Shown: positions 1 to 13,039, numbered from the stretch's first letter. The stretch: DNA of 64,000 bases from Blepharisma stoltei ATCC 30299 (GCA_965603825.1 CBFDEM010000018.1:558001-622000); one strand, 5' to 3'. The notes: a model not told the origin generated them from the letters alone. A program made the numbers and translations.

Positions 1-663
1 ATTTTCCAAGGGTTTTTTGGTATTCAGTGTGCCATCATGGATTAAAGGTATTTTAGGAGGTGTGATAGATTCACTAAGATCACCTGAATTTTCAGTCTCT
101 TTGGAAATCATTTTTGGAGGGGTATTATTTCTTGACTCAACTTGGTCTTTTTGTACTATCGAAATATTTGGAGTAGATTGAATTTTTTTACTTTTCGAGC
201 TTGGCTTTTCTTTTTTCAGACGTTTAGAACTTATTGTCTTACCGTCATCAGAATATATAATTGCTAGGATTTCTTCATTGAGGCCTTCCTTTGAGTTTGG
301 CTGGATGCTGCTTTCAGGATATTGAGGCTCATTCATTCCTGGCAGCTCAGAAGGTAATTCAGGATTTTCAAGTTTTACATTATTTTCCAGAGAAGACTCT
401 TTTTGTCTCGGCTCCTGATTTTCTTGCTTATTTTTTTGATTTTGCTTATAACTTTCAGGAAATTGAGGCATATTCATTTTTCCTTCAGGATTTTCAAATT
501 TTACATCCGTTTTCAGTAAAGGTTTGATTTGTCTTGGCTGCTCATTTTCTTTTATATTTTTTGGATTTTTCTTATAATTTTTAGGAAAACAATTGCAGCA
601 AGTAGAATCTTCTTCATCTGTCATTTCTTCAGCAATGCTTGGAATTCTATAATTTATATACAT
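1..663 (-). CDS. Hypothetical low-complexity protein (3' end runs off the window), with an internal ~39-aa duplication
   Basis: Open minus-strand frame from ATG at 663 (MYINYRIPSIAEEMTDEEDSTCCNCFPKNY...) to position 1 with no stop. FPKNYKKNPKNIKENEQPRQ...VKFENPE is repeated as FPESYKQNQKNKQENQEPRQ...VKLENPE. Confidence 0.65.
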   Translation of the reverse strand, partial: MYINYRIPSIAEEMTDEEDSTCCNCFPKNYKKNPKNIKENEQPRQIKPLLKTDVKFENPEGKMNMPQFPESYKQNQKNKQENQEPRQKESSLENNVKLENPELPSELPGMNEPQYPESSIQPNSKEGLNEEILAIIYSDDGKTISSKRLKKEKPSSKSKKIQSTPNISIVQKDQVESRNNTPPKMISKETENSGDLSESITPPKIPLIHDGTLNTKKPLEN

Positions 664-694
664 TTCTTGTAAAAACAATTGTAGAATCCTAAAA

Positions 695-2311
695 ATGTCA
701 AACTCCTCAAATATCCGTGCTGCAATTATTATCATAAAATCGCTCAGTCAGTTTATTGATATTCAAGTCATTCAAAATACCTTCTCAGAATTTATTGATT
801 TATTACTTAGTGAAGATCCTTTTATTCTAAATCTGAATAATCTTTATAGCAGAATATATCAATGTGGAGATTTATTTAATAAGTCTGTTAGTGACTGCTT
901 AGAGATTTTAGTAAGCTATTTAGGATGCGCCAATAATTATCAAACAAATTTTGTAGTGATGGATTATCAATGGCCATTTTATTTTAACAAATCAGAGTTA
1001 TATGTAAAAATTGCAAGCTTTACAAATCAATCAGGGCTATTGTATTGCTATTGAGATGGAAAGTGAATGAATTTAGGCATATCCTCTCCTCAGAATACGA
1101 TTAAAGAAAAACCTTATAATGTTTATTGAAAATTCAGAGATCCCTATTATGCTTTAGATGATTTTATATTAAATACAAATCCTTCTCAATTATTATCAGA
1201 CTGGGTTTCAAAAAACCCAAAAAGGACACTAGGCAACACAAACACAATGCCCGCTTTAACTTCCAGTGAATATTTAGCAAGGTTTGAGAAGGAAATCGCT
1301 GAATTGAGGAATCAGGTTCAAATTAAGGATCAAAAGATTCATGAATTAGAAACTGAAAATAAAAATGCAATAGAAGACATGCTTCAACAATTGCAAAGCA
1401 AAAATCAAGTTAACCCATATGCATCCCAAAGCATTAGTTCAATTGTGATAAATAATCCTGTAGAGCTAGTGGCTGCTTTAAAAAGCCCGTCAAAGCATCC
1501 GTTGCCTAATTACGGAAACACTTGTTATTTAAATGCAATAGTCCAAGTCTTAGCAAGTATGAATATTTTCATTATAGAGCTGATAAAAGCGAAAGGCCCA
1601 ACCTTAAAATTGTTAAGAAATTTACTTATAGATATGAGATTGCCAAACAAACGAAATGAAGCCGGTTTAGGGATCAAACAGCTTAAGTATGATCTGAGCA
1701 TTGAATTCCCCAGTGTAATTATAAATTAGCTTAATACCAATGACCAGCAAGACTCAACAGAAGTACTAGGAATGATTTTTAACAAGTTTGAAGAAGAGTT
1801 CCCGAATAGCATCTTATTTGTGACTAATTCTGTTCAGACATTTAAATGCAAGTATCATGACTACAGTAGCATAATTAAAGACTCAGACACTTTTTTAGTA
1901 ATTCCTCCGCTTTTTTACAGCAATGTTGAAGAATACCTTCAAAGTTGAAAAAACCCAACAATTTTCAGCGACAACGATTTATTAAAATGTGACTTATGTG
2001 GCTCAAATTCGATTTCCATGATGAGGAGAGTCCTTATAAACAAGCCAATTTACTTGATATTGTCATTTCAACGCATAGATGTTGCAGTCAGACTTCCTGA
2101 AAGCTTGGATTTTGAAGAAAATAGGTACTTGCTGTTTGCGGTTGTGTCTTATACAGTATCTGGGTCTTCTGGGCATTATACAGCATACACAAAAGAAAAT
2201 TACTCATGAACGCATTATAATGATGAGCATATAGAAAATATTGATTTTCTAAATGGAATTCCTGGGGTTTATTTAGCTTTTTATGCCCTGAATTCTTTGG
2301 CTTCTTACTAA
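695..2311 (+). CDS. Ubiquitin-specific protease (USP, peptidase C19) with N-terminal extension and coiled coil; 15-nt intron at 1715-1729
   Basis: ORFs 695, 1247 and 2018 share a frame and are joined by TGA codons and one intron. Cys box LPNYGNTCYLNAIVQ, QQD motif right after the intron, His box GSSGHYTAY, W(TGA)THYND, TAA at 2309-2311. Confidence 0.88.
1715..1729 (+). other. 15-nt spliceosomal intron GTAATTATAAATTAG
   Basis: Removal deletes an in-frame TAG and restores FPS-LNTNDQQD of the USP. Confidence 0.85.
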
Positions 2312-2402
2312 AAGCACAGCTGCATAATTAGATTTAAGTGCGCATTGCACAAAAATTGGAGCTTTATTAATTATTAGTATAAAATATTGTTTTTATCTGT
2401 CT

Positions 2403-2855
2403 TTATCTATATGCGTCCTCATATGTTCTTTCTCTTGCTATATCAAGCCAGACTTCTCTGCTTATTAAGCAAACATCAGTTGCCTCACCCATAAATCCAT
2501 TCTCTGGATCAGGCCTGTTCAATAATTCAATGAGATAGTCAATGATAACCTTGGAATGGCAATTTGGGTTTCACATATGATTAAGAAAAGCATGACAAAC
2601 TCTTCCACTGTCAGGGTGAATATTTGGGTGGAATATGGGTGTCTGGAAAAATACTTTGGGAGGCTTGCTTGGGTATTTCTTAGGAAATTTTATTACAAAC
2701 TCAAAAACACCGCCTTCAAAAGCAGTGTCTTCTGGCCCATTGAGATTTCCGAGCCATAAATAGTATTCTCCTTGATAAGTATTCACAGAAAAAAATGTCT
2801 GAGAGCTTGCTTGCAAATCATTTAGTTCAGTCATGAGCCGCTGTAGTGCTGCCAT
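2403..2855 (-). CDS. Ubiquitin-conjugating enzyme E2 (divergent UBC4/5-like), 150 aa
   Basis: GPEDTAFEGGVF, YPSKPPKV, HPNIHPDSGRVC (catalytic Cys). TGA at 2571-2573 falls at the conserved E2 Trp (W-N-P); the frame continues to TAA at 2403. Confidence 0.9.
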
Positions 2856-3385
2856 TCTAAGCTTATAAATTATAATTCTACAAAAGTTAATAGACTTGAA
2901 TTATTAGTTAGCTATATAAATGGATATTCACTAAAATAATAATCATACTCATACAAGCCTAAATTCTTATTTGTAAGTCTCACCATAGAAAAGTACGGCA
3001 ATTTAAACCAACTTTTCAATTTCACTATAGCAACTACACAATATAGCTCTAAAATTAGAGTTTATTTATTGTTTGCTATGGATTAAAGCTTATTTGTACA
3101 TCATCAGCTTAATCTAATAACTCTAAGTTGGCTGCAACTGTTTAAATTAATCAAAATTTTATTAATAAGCCCTTTCATTCAAAGCTTTTAGATTTATAGA
3201 TTTCCCAGGCTCTTTATAAGTATGCTCTCTTGCCTCCTAAAAAAAGCTAGCATTTCCCATTTAAGCACTCTCTGCCACGACAGCATAAGATCTCATAAAC
3301 GTGGATTTCCTAATGTTGGGAATACCTACTATTTAAATGCCCTTCTACAAATAATTGTAGAATGTAAACAAATATCCATAATAAA

Positions 3386-3820
3386 ATGATTAAGTTAATC
3401 GAAGAGTTCAATAAGCTCAAACAAACTCCTATACAAGGAATCGAAGTTAGCATAGGACAAGATTTTTTCCATTGGAATGGATTGCTGATCGGCCCTCCAG
3501 GAACTCCTTTTGAAGGTGGAAAATTTCGCTTCGAGCTAATTTTCCCATCTAATTTCCCAGCTTCTCCTCCCGAATTTTTCTTCAAAACAAGAATTTTCCA
3601 CCCAAATGTGGACTCTGAAGGGAAAGCATGCATACAAGTTCTCAGCCTTACTTGGAGGCCAAATATATCAATAAGCTGCGTCTTGAATTCTATATGCGTT
3701 TTGCTAAGAGAGCCCTACCCTGATGCAGGGTATTTTAACGACGCATCCACTGTTCTTAGAGCTGATAGATTAACTTATGAAAGAGTTGCAAGACAATATA
3801 CAGCTAATTTTGCAAAATAA
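3386..3820 (+). CDS. Ubiquitin-conjugating enzyme E2 (UBC4/5-like)
   Basis: GPPGTPFEGGKF, FPASPP, HPNVDSEGKAC, WRP motif; complete 144-aa ORF. Confidence 0.92.
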   Translation: MIKLIEEFNKLKQTPIQGIEVSIGQDFFHWNGLLIGPPGTPFEGGKFRFELIFPSNFPASPPEFFFKTRIFHPNVDSEGKACIQVLSLTWRPNISISCVLNSICVLLREPYPDAGYFNDASTVLRADRLTYERVARQYTANFAK

Positions 3821-3864
3821 TATCAATAAATAAAAAATTTATAGAAACAAATTATTATAATAAT

Positions 3865-5723
3865 ATGGTTAAAAAGCTGATTTTCGCAGAGTCTGATTGA
3901 AATATTAAGGCAGCGCTTTCTTTGATTAACGCCCTAATGTCTTACAAAACCAATGAAATTTTGGTAGAGAAATCAAAAGAGTCAGAAATTTGGTTTTCAA
4001 CAGCATAAACAGTGAGAGGCTAGGGAGTTTTGCAAAAATACTAAAATTTCGTTAGAAACCAAGATTTGCAGAGCTATAGGTTGCATTGGAATGCAGACCT
4101 CTGATTTCAGCTGGTTTAAGAGATCATTTATCATGTATGCACAAACAAACATTGGTGAGTTTGAAGATCGTGTTGAAGTAAAAAATATTGTAATTGCAGA
4201 AATGAAGTCTTATTTCCATCTAAAGCAATGCCTACAGACCAAGTGGGGGTATTACTTACTAATCTCAGTCTTTTCAGATTTCTCAAAAGAAGCTTATTTC
4301 TACGGAAATTGCAAATCGATATCTCTGATCTCTAAAGATTTGAACCAAAATTGACTGACAACAAAGAGTTCAAGTTGGCTTATCTAAAAGTTTCAGAGGA
4401 AGACCTCAATATTATAAAAGCCGATTTGGAAAATGAAGTCGAAATTCATCTAGAAAATTCAAGACAAGAAAAAATGATTAAGACAGTTAAAGAAGACGAA
4501 GAGTATTTTAAGGATCCTAAGAAAAATATAAATAAGTGTGCAATAAAGAAAATCTCTTCAAATTATTCTCCTGCAGAAAGCCAATGATATGGAAAGAGTC
4601 GCGGAAAGCCAAAGAAAAGAAATACAAGCTCACAAGGAATTGATTAAAAAAGAAAAGGAAAAAAATAAAGTTTTGCAAGAAGAGAAACAAGAAACTAATG
4701 AAAAGATCCAAGAGAAAAATGAAGAGTTCATTAAAGAAAAAAAAAAGCAGGAAAGGCTGAGGATAAATACAAGGGAATAGCAGAAAAAGAAAAAGATGAA
4801 AATTATCCAGAAAATGAAAAAGTTCAAGAAGAATCTAAAAATGAGCAAGAAAAACCTCAAAAACTGTCAGAAGACTCTTTCGGCCCCTATGGTCCTTTCA
4901 CAACTTTAACCAAAGAAAATTAGGTCTGCCAAATCTTATTAATACCTGCTATTTTAATGCAGTTTTGGGCCTTAGCAAGCAATGATAGGTTTGTAAACTT
5001 CATGAAGAGCATAGGCAGCCACTCTTTTGCAACGGTTTTATACGGCGTTTTTAATATTATGAGAGAAAAAAGAGGAAATACCGAGCAAGCTTTAAGGAGT
5101 TTTAAAGATCAAGCTAACCAAGAATTTCCGTTCGTAATCTCTATATAGCTTGATTCATTAGGCCAGCAAGACTCAAAAGAGTTTTTAGTCTACCTATTAT
5201 CAAAATTAGAAGAGCTTTCCAGCGTTATTTTGTCAAATATCACTCTGATTCAAGAGTTTCTATGCATGACGTGTAGAAAGTCCTACCAAAATCAAGAAAA
5301 TCAAAGCTTTTTATGATTCCAAATAATAAAACAAATCAAATCAGTACATTTAAAAGAGTTAAAAGCAAAGGTACAGTACTTTAGAGGAGATAATATGCTT
5401 TACTGTCAATTTTGTGATTCTCCGAGGAACATGAGTATTGCGATTAAGAAAGTTGTATGCTCTAAAATGCTAATTTTTTATCTGCCAGCTAATACAAATT
5501 TTTCTAATACCAAAATTGAGGAAAAATTGAAGGTAGAAGATTATGAATTCAGTCTGTATGGTGTTATATGCTACTATGTTCTGGAAATAGTGAGCATTAT
5601 ACATCTTATACTAAAGATGGGAACGTTTGGAAATTATATAACGACTCATCAGTAAGTGATAAAAATTACGATGCAGGAAATAGCTATTTAAATTTTTATT
5701 CATTAAATAAGCCAAAAATTTAA
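3865..5723 (+). pseudogene. Frameshifted USP paralog (coiled coil + C19 catalytic domain)
   Basis: GLPNLINTCYFNAVL (~4920-4968), intron 5134-5148 followed by LDSLGQQD, and SGNSEHYTSYTKDGNVWKLYND lie in different frames, with TAA/TAG stops upstream. Architecture matches the 695-2311 gene. Confidence 0.75.
5134..5148 (+). other. 15-nt intron GTAATCTCTATATAG
   Basis: Same position as the intron of the first USP, immediately before L-x4-QQD. Confidence 0.8.
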
Positions 5724-6138
5724 AAACAAATTATTAATTTATATCAGATAATGTAAATTTTCTTTTATTTCTAAAATAAAAAAATATTTTAGCTTAAATT
5801 AGCAGGATATCTCTTTGTGAATTATAAAAATAAATACACATGTACAAGGTTTAGCATATAAATATCGATTGAGGCCTAGCTCCATTATTAAAATTTATAG
5901 AAATCAAAATGCAACGACTTAAGAATCAGATTGATCATTAACAATATTTAAAGAGTTAATAGCAAAATATGATTAAATGAGACTTATTTATTCCCAAATT
6001 ATTTTAATCCAGTTTAGTTAATATTTTTGATTCTAAATTAAATTAAACTTGAAATAACTAATAATTGAATTTGCTTGAGTATAGCTAATTTCACTAAAAA
6101 ATTTTAAAAATTTACTTCGTATTGCAACAATAGACATA

Positions 6139-7053
6139 ATGGCAGAACTAACCTTAAGAAATAAATTAGCTGAGATTTTGAGCAAACCAAACAATCCAGA
6201 ACTAGAGATGGATTTCAGAGCAACTTGCTCAGCGATTCAACTCGATACTAGTCTTGATGACCCACCAGTAATGCAAGCTTACGAAGATTACCTTAATGCT
6301 TATCAACAAAAAACATCTCTTTATAATCTTAAAGGTGATAGATTAATTATTTATAACACTGAAACTGAAACCCAAGAAGTCAAAATCTTGCAGACTCCAC
6401 AACCACTAGACTTATACACTTGCACAACTCAACTTCCAAATGGCAAGCTATTCTGTTTTGGTAATATCGCACCTTTTGGAAATGCAGCACTAATTGATTT
6501 AAATGGAGGAATCGAAGTGCTGCCATCTGGAACTTCTTGTGGATTTTCATCATGCATCTGTTTCAACAAAAGCGTCTATTGCTTTGGAGGATATAATAAA
6601 GGCTACTTAACTCTATCTAGTAAATTTGATTTGGATCAAAATCGATGATTTCAATTAACTCCGATGCCAAGATCTGATTATCAATGCCATAGTATAATGT
6701 TTAATGGAAATATTTTGTTTTCTGGATATTATAATAGACATCTTTTTTTATATTCAATTGATATTGACTCTTTCTCGACAATTCCTTATGAGTTTGCTAT
6801 AAGGAGAAGAAAGATCCTGATAAATGCAGAGAGACTTTATTTGATTGAATGCGATAAAGGAGGAGTAATCTATGAAAGTGAAATTGGAAGTTACATGAAT
6901 TGGATACCAATTGAAAAAACAATAAAAATTGATTGGAGTACTCAGCAAGTGTATTGCTCATATAATAAAGGAGGGATATGCATTGGAATAAAGGGATCTG
7001 ACTACTTCAAGTTTGATTTGAAAGAAAAGAGAGTGATTGAATTAAAAATCTAA
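6139..7053 (+). CDS. Kelch-like beta-propeller protein, 304 aa (intact family member)
   Basis: ORFs 6139 and 6664 are joined by TGA at 6646 (QNR-W-FQLTPMP; the paralog has TGG in QNLWIQLTPMP). Kelch-type motifs LFCFG, VYCFGG, ILFSG. Confidence 0.8.
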
Positions 7054-7180
7054 TTAAATGGCTAGTTAAAATTAAGTAAGTAGTAATCTAGTTATTGCCT
7101 GACAAGTTCTGCCTTTTTTCGATTGGCTTATTTCTTTAGGAATAATTTGAGGCAATAAAATTGCTTCTTATCATAATCCT
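7054..7180. repeat. Non-coding spacer duplicated in inverted orientation at ~9905-10025
   Basis: ACAAGTTCTGCCTTTTTTCGATTGGCTTATTT at ~7102 matches the reverse complement of AAATAAGCCAATCGAAAAAGAGGTAGAACTTGT at ~9941. Confidence 0.75.
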
Positions 7181-7239
7181 TACTACCACTACCTTTTATC
7201 TCCGTGTCAATTCTGTTTCTGCCGCTAAATATTAACTAT

Positions 7240-7981
7240 GAAAAGAACTGAACTAATTTAATTATTTATAACACTGAAATTGAAACTAAAAATGCCAAAA
7301 TCTTGAAGACTCCAGAACAGCTAGACAGATTCACTTACATAACTTAGCTTCAAAATGGCAAGCTATACTGTTTTGGTAATTATTTACATTCTGGATATAC
7401 AGTACTAATTGATACAAATGGTGGAGTCGAAGTGCTGCCATCTGGAACTCCTTCTGCATGATCATCATGTATATATTTCAACAGGAGCGTCTATTGCTTT
7501 GGAGGATATAATAAAGGTGCTTTAACTATATTTAGTAGATTTAATTTGATTCGAAATCGATGAATTAAATTAACTCCAATGACACAAGCTGATAATAAAT
7601 GCCATAGTGTAGTATTAATGGAAATATTTTGATTTCTGGATATTGAAATAGAAATCTTTTGTTATACTCAATTGATATTGACTCTTTCTCGACAATTTCT
7701 TATGAGTTTACTAAAAAATAAGAAAGATCCTGATAAATGCAGATAGACTTTATTTGATTGAATGCAAAATACAAGGAGATATCTATGAAAGCGAAATTAG
7801 AAGTTACAGAATTGGACACCAACAGGAAGAGCATCAAAAATCAATTTTAGTACTTATCAAGTGTATTGTTCATATAATGAAGGATATATATACATTGGAA
7901 TAGATAGATCTGACTACTTCAAGTTTTATTTGCAAGAAAAGAGCTTGATTGCGTTAAAAAAGTCATAAAATGGTTAATTAA
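7240..7981 (+). pseudogene. Kelch-like paralog, 5'-truncated, with in-frame TAG and frameshifts
   Basis: Colinear nucleotide similarity to 6340-7053 (e.g. GTCGAAGTGCTGCCATCTGGAACT, AAGATCCTGATAAATGCAGA). Confidence 0.8.
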
Positions 7982-7999
7982 AAGTAAATCAAATTTTAT

Positions 8000-9210
8000 T
8001 ACTTTATATGAACAATAAACTTTTTCAGGATCATAATCCATTACTGATTTTCCTATTCTTCTCCAATTCGAGTAACTGCCAACTTCGCTTTCATAGAATG
8101 ATCCCTCTTCGCATTCAATCAAATAAAGTCTCTCTGCATTTATCAGGATCTTTGATTTATTCTTTTCGAACTCACAAGGAATTGTCGAGAAAGAATCATT
8201 ATCAACTGAGTATAACAAAAGATTTCTATTTCGATATCCAGAAATCAAAATATTCCCATTAAATATTACACTATTGCACTTGTAATCATCTATTGGCATT
8301 GGAGTTAATTGAATCCATAGATTTTGATCCAAACCAAATCTACTAGATAGAGTTAAATATTTGTCATTATATCCTCCAAAGCAATAGACGCTATTGTTGA
8401 AATAGATGCATGATGAGTCATGGCAAGGAGCTCCAGATGGCAGAACTTCGACTCACCATTCACATCAATTTGCACTGCAATTCCAGAATCTTTATAATTA
8501 CCAAAGCAGAATAGCTTGCCATTTGGAAGTTGAGTTATGCAAGTCCTTAAGTCTAGTGGTTCCGGAGTCTGCAAGGTTTTGAGTTCTTTTTCGATTTCAG
8601 ATTCAGTACTATAAATTACTAAATAAGTAATGTCGTATTCATTATCATCTTGTGTAATGCTATAAAGAGATGTCTTTTGTTGATAAGCATTAAGATAATC
8701 TTGGTAGGCTTGCATTAGTGATGGATCATAAAAACTAGAATTGCTCTGAATTGCCGAGCAAGTTGCTCTGAAATCTATCTCTAATTCTGGATTGTTTGGC
8801 CTGCTCAAAATCTCAGCTGCTTTATTTCTTAAGGTATCTATAAGGTTTAAAGCGCTTTCTGCATCCTTGGGTTTACTGTTGAGATCATTAGAATCAATGC
8901 TTATTTGAGAATTAAGCAAGCTCGCCTCATGCTCTGGGGCTTTTTTTATTGGCTTTTTTTCTTCTTCAGTCCCTTTTAAACTCTTACTGTCCTCATTTCT
9001 TATCAAAGAAATCGAATCCTTAACGTTTGCTGGCTCTATATTCCCATCGCAAGGCTGCATAAAAATTGACTCAAGATTGTGAGCTCTATTAGGCAATTTT
9101 AAATGCTCCACAGCATGAACTTCACAAGATAAAGTCTCAGGAGAAGAGCAAAAGCATGCGTGCTCAACCTCATTCGTGCACCCTGGCTCGAAACATTTCT
9201 TCGCCATCAT
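8000..9210 (-). pseudogene. Kelch-like paralog with N-terminal Cys/His (B-box-like) finger; frameshifted near 8450 and 3'-truncated
   Basis: KKCFEPGCTNEVEHACFCSSPETLSCEVHAVEH, then LRNKAAEILSRPNNPELE shared with the 6139 gene; propeller split between ORFs 9237 and 8332. Confidence 0.75.
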
Positions 9211-9319
9211 ATTATTATAAATATAAAGTATTATCACAATAAAATAAAAATTTGATAATATCTAGAAATCAAAATATTTACATTAATATTTTATTATGGC
9301 ATCAATAGTCAGCTTGTTG

Positions 9320-9845
9320 CTTCGGAGTTAGTTTAATTCATCAATTTCGAGCCAAATCAAATTGACTAGATAGAGTTAAAGCACCTCTATTATGTCCTCC
9401 AAAGCAATAGACGCTGTTGTTGAAATAGATCAATGATAAATATCAGCAAGGAGTTCCAGACGGCAGCACTTCGAATCCCCATTTGTATCAATTAGCACTG
9501 TAATTCCAGAACTATTTCAATCACCATAACAGAATAGCTTGCCATTTGGAAGTCGAGCTATGCAAGTAAGTACATCTAGTTGTTGTGGAATCTGCAAGGC
9601 TTAGATTTCTTGGGTTTTAGTTTCAGGATGATAAATAATTAAATTAGGTTGCTTGTAATCATGTAAAAGATTATATGAGATGCTCCATGCTGACAAGTAT
9701 CAAGATAATCTTGGCAAGTTTGCATTAGTGGTGACTCATAAAGAATACGATTGATTTGCGGCACTGAACAATTTGCTCTAAATTCTGGATTTTTTGGTCC
9801 GCTCAAAATCTCATCTGATTTATTTCTTAAGGATAGTCCTCCCAT
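9320..9845 (-). pseudogene. Kelch-like paralog fragment
   Basis: MGGLSLRNKSDEILSGPKNPE start; degenerate match to the 5' half of 6139-7053. Confidence 0.75.
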
Positions 9846-10019
9846 TACGTCTATTATTGCAACAAAAGTAAATTTCTAAATTTTTTAGTAAAACTAGCTA
9901 TAGACAAGAAACAATTTATCTTGCCTTATTACTCCTTAAAAAATAAGCCAATCGAAAAAGAGGTAGAACTTGTCTGGTAATTCTTAGATTACTGCTTGCT
10001 TACTTTTAACTAACCATTT

Positions 10020-10904
10020 TATTACTTTTTTAATGCAATTAATCTCTTTTCATTCAAATCAAACTTGAAGTAGGAAAATTCAGATATTCCAATGTATACA
10101 TATCCTTCATTATATGAACAATACACTTGATTAGCATTGCTATATATTGTTGATTCTTTTCTTGTTAGTCTCCAATTCGTGTAACTTCCAATTTCGCTTT
10201 CATAGATAGTTCCTAAGATTCATTCAATCAAATAAAGTCTACCTGCATTTATCAGGATCTTTCTTGCTCCTTCACGAAACTCACAAGGAATTATCGAGAA
10301 AGAGTTAATATCAATTGAGTATAACCAAAGATTTCTATTTCGATTTCCAGAAATCAAAATATTTCTATTAATCATTACACTGCAGTACTTGTAATCATCT
10401 ATTGGCATTGGAGTTAATTGAATTCATCGATTCTGATCCAAATCAAATCTACTAGATAGAGTTAATCAACCTTTATTACTAGACGCTGTTGTTGAAATAG
10501 ATGCATGATGAATTTTGGCAAGGAGTTCCAGATGGCAGCACTTCGACTCCACCATTTGTATCAATTAGCACTGTTATTCCAGTTTGTCAACAACTACCAA
10601 AACAGAATAGCTTGCCATTTGGAAGTTGAGTTAAGCAAGTGTAAAATTCTAGTGTTTGTGGAGTCTCAAAGATTTTGGAAATTCAAGTTTCAGTTTCAGT
10701 GTTATAAATAATTAAATTAGTTCTGGCGTTTTCTCTGCCAAGATTATATATAGTTGTTCCTTGTTGACAAGCATTAAGATAATCTTGGCAAGTTTGCATT
10801 AGTGGTGGGTCATAAGGACTAGGATTTATTTGAGGCGCTGAGCAAGCTGCTCTTGAATTTATCTCTAACTCAGCTGATCTCTTTCTTAATGCTAGTCCTC
10901 CCAT
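10020..10904 (-). pseudogene. Kelch-like paralog, near full length but with deletions and frameshifts
   Basis: MGGLALRKRSAELE...NLIIYNTETET; MPIDDYKYCSVMINRNILISG...ILINAGRLYLIE. Confidence 0.75.
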
Positions 10905-10953
10905 TACTTTTATTATTGCAACACAAATAAAATTCTAAATATTAATCAAAGCT

Positions 10954-11259
10954 ATGCTCTTAAGTAAATTCAATTACTTAGAAAAAAATCTAAACGCTGT
11001 CAAATTGTATGAAAATCGAATCAAAGATGATCCAGACTACGCTTCCTCTTACATTTCACAAGGCAACGCTTTTTATAATTTAAAAAGATATCTTGAAGCA
11101 ATCGAATGCTATAGCGAAGTAATCAAACGAGATCCAAACATAGATATCTACTACGATAAAAAAGGCAACGCTTTTTATAATCTCAAGAAGCAATCGAATG
11201 CTATGACGAAGCAATCAAACTCGAACCAAACAAAGCTGATTTTTACTTATATATTTTAA
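10954..11259 (+). pseudogene. TPR-repeat fragment (2-3 TPRs, frameshift in last repeat)
   Basis: YISQGNAFYNLKRYLEAIECYSEVIKRDP, then KGNAFYNLK with the EAIECYDEAIKLEP continuation out of frame; AAGGCAACGCTTTTTATAAT repeats at a ~102-bp spacing. Confidence 0.75.
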
Positions 11260-11309
11260 ATTAGCATAAATTAAATGGAATCGTTTCCCTTGCAGTGTAA
11301 AATATCTAA

Positions 11310-11712
<403 letters not shown>

Positions 11713-11998
11713 TTTTATTATAACAGGGCTCCTCAAAGAAACTTTAAATTTGGAGAAGCAGCCAATTATATTTCAGATTTTTATAAAAATATTAGTTTTC
11801 TATGCTGAATTCTATTTATTTCTAATTACTAAAATTTTCAAGATGAGATTTTTTGCAAACATTTGAATCAATATTTTATAATTCTTTAATTGTAAATTAT
11901 TTTGAAGAAGGGTACAGCAGCGAGAATTAGAATAGCCAGCAAGGTATTATGCTAACGATTAAGAATATAAAGAGATAAAAATAGAAATTGAACATAAT

Positions 11999-12772
11999 TT
12001 AAAATTTAAATCCATGCTTTAATTTCAAAAAATCTTGCAAATAATAGCAATGATGCATAGTTGGCTCTATTTGTATTTGATTTTCATCTTTTTCAGCTTC
12101 AATAGGTCAGCTAACTTGAGGCAAGTTTTTCATTAAATCTGTGCATGTTTTCCAAGAAAGCCTTATATGCTGAGAATTGAAGCCAAAAACAGGATCCATG
12201 TTACTTTTCAGCCAATTCTGGGTTATTGGATCTGAAGGGTATCCGCAACCAATTTCTCCAAGGCTTTCAGCCATATCTTTAATAAATGAATCTCTTGTAA
12301 CCTTTGCACATATACTTGCTGCTGAAACAACAGGGAAAAGGCTATCAGCTTTTGCTGTCACATGAAAATTTATCCCTGGAAAAGAATTTTGCAGTCTTTC
12401 TTGATAAAATGCAGGGTTGCCTACAGTATCAACATAGACATTTTTTATATTTATTTTGCTGTCTAATAATTCTTGAATTAAATCTCTTGCACTGTCCATG
12501 GATATGACATTTAAGCTTATTTTTTGTCGACTGAGCATTGAAGTCGAAATGATATCACTGCTCAATGCTTTAGTACGATAAACTACATGCTCTAGATTTT
12601 TGATTATGCCAAATAGAGAATCTCTTTGCTGTTCGGTTAAAACTTTAGAATCTGCAAATCCTAACTTGCTGTATTCTTCCTTGTTGGCTATAGGCCAGCC
12701 GCAACATGCATATACCATTGGACCAATTACTGGGCCTCTTCCCGCCTCATCAATTCCTACCTCGTATTCCAT
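11999..12772 (-). CDS. RNASEH2A: Ribonuclease H2 subunit A, 257 aa
   Basis: GIDEAGRGPVIGPMVY, ADSK, VYVDTVG, KADSLFPVVSAASICAKVTRD, GYPSDP. TGA at 12107 is read through (V-S-W) to TAA at 11999. Confidence 0.95.
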
Positions 12773-13039
12773 TTTATTGATATTTCAAGTGTTATATGCA
12801 ATTAGAGAATTAGAGCATCCGTTCTGAGTAGAGTTGGCAGAAATATTTTTGATGGACTTTTCTGTTTAAATATCGCATTGAGATATCTTTTACGAAATTT
12901 CTCACTTTCGAAATTAAGAAATTAAATAAATTTACTATGCAAATTTAACTAATACAAAAAGAATCTAAATAATAAATATAAAAATAATTATAAATATTAG
13001 CATTTCATAAAAAATTTAAGACAACTTATTAATATCTTA

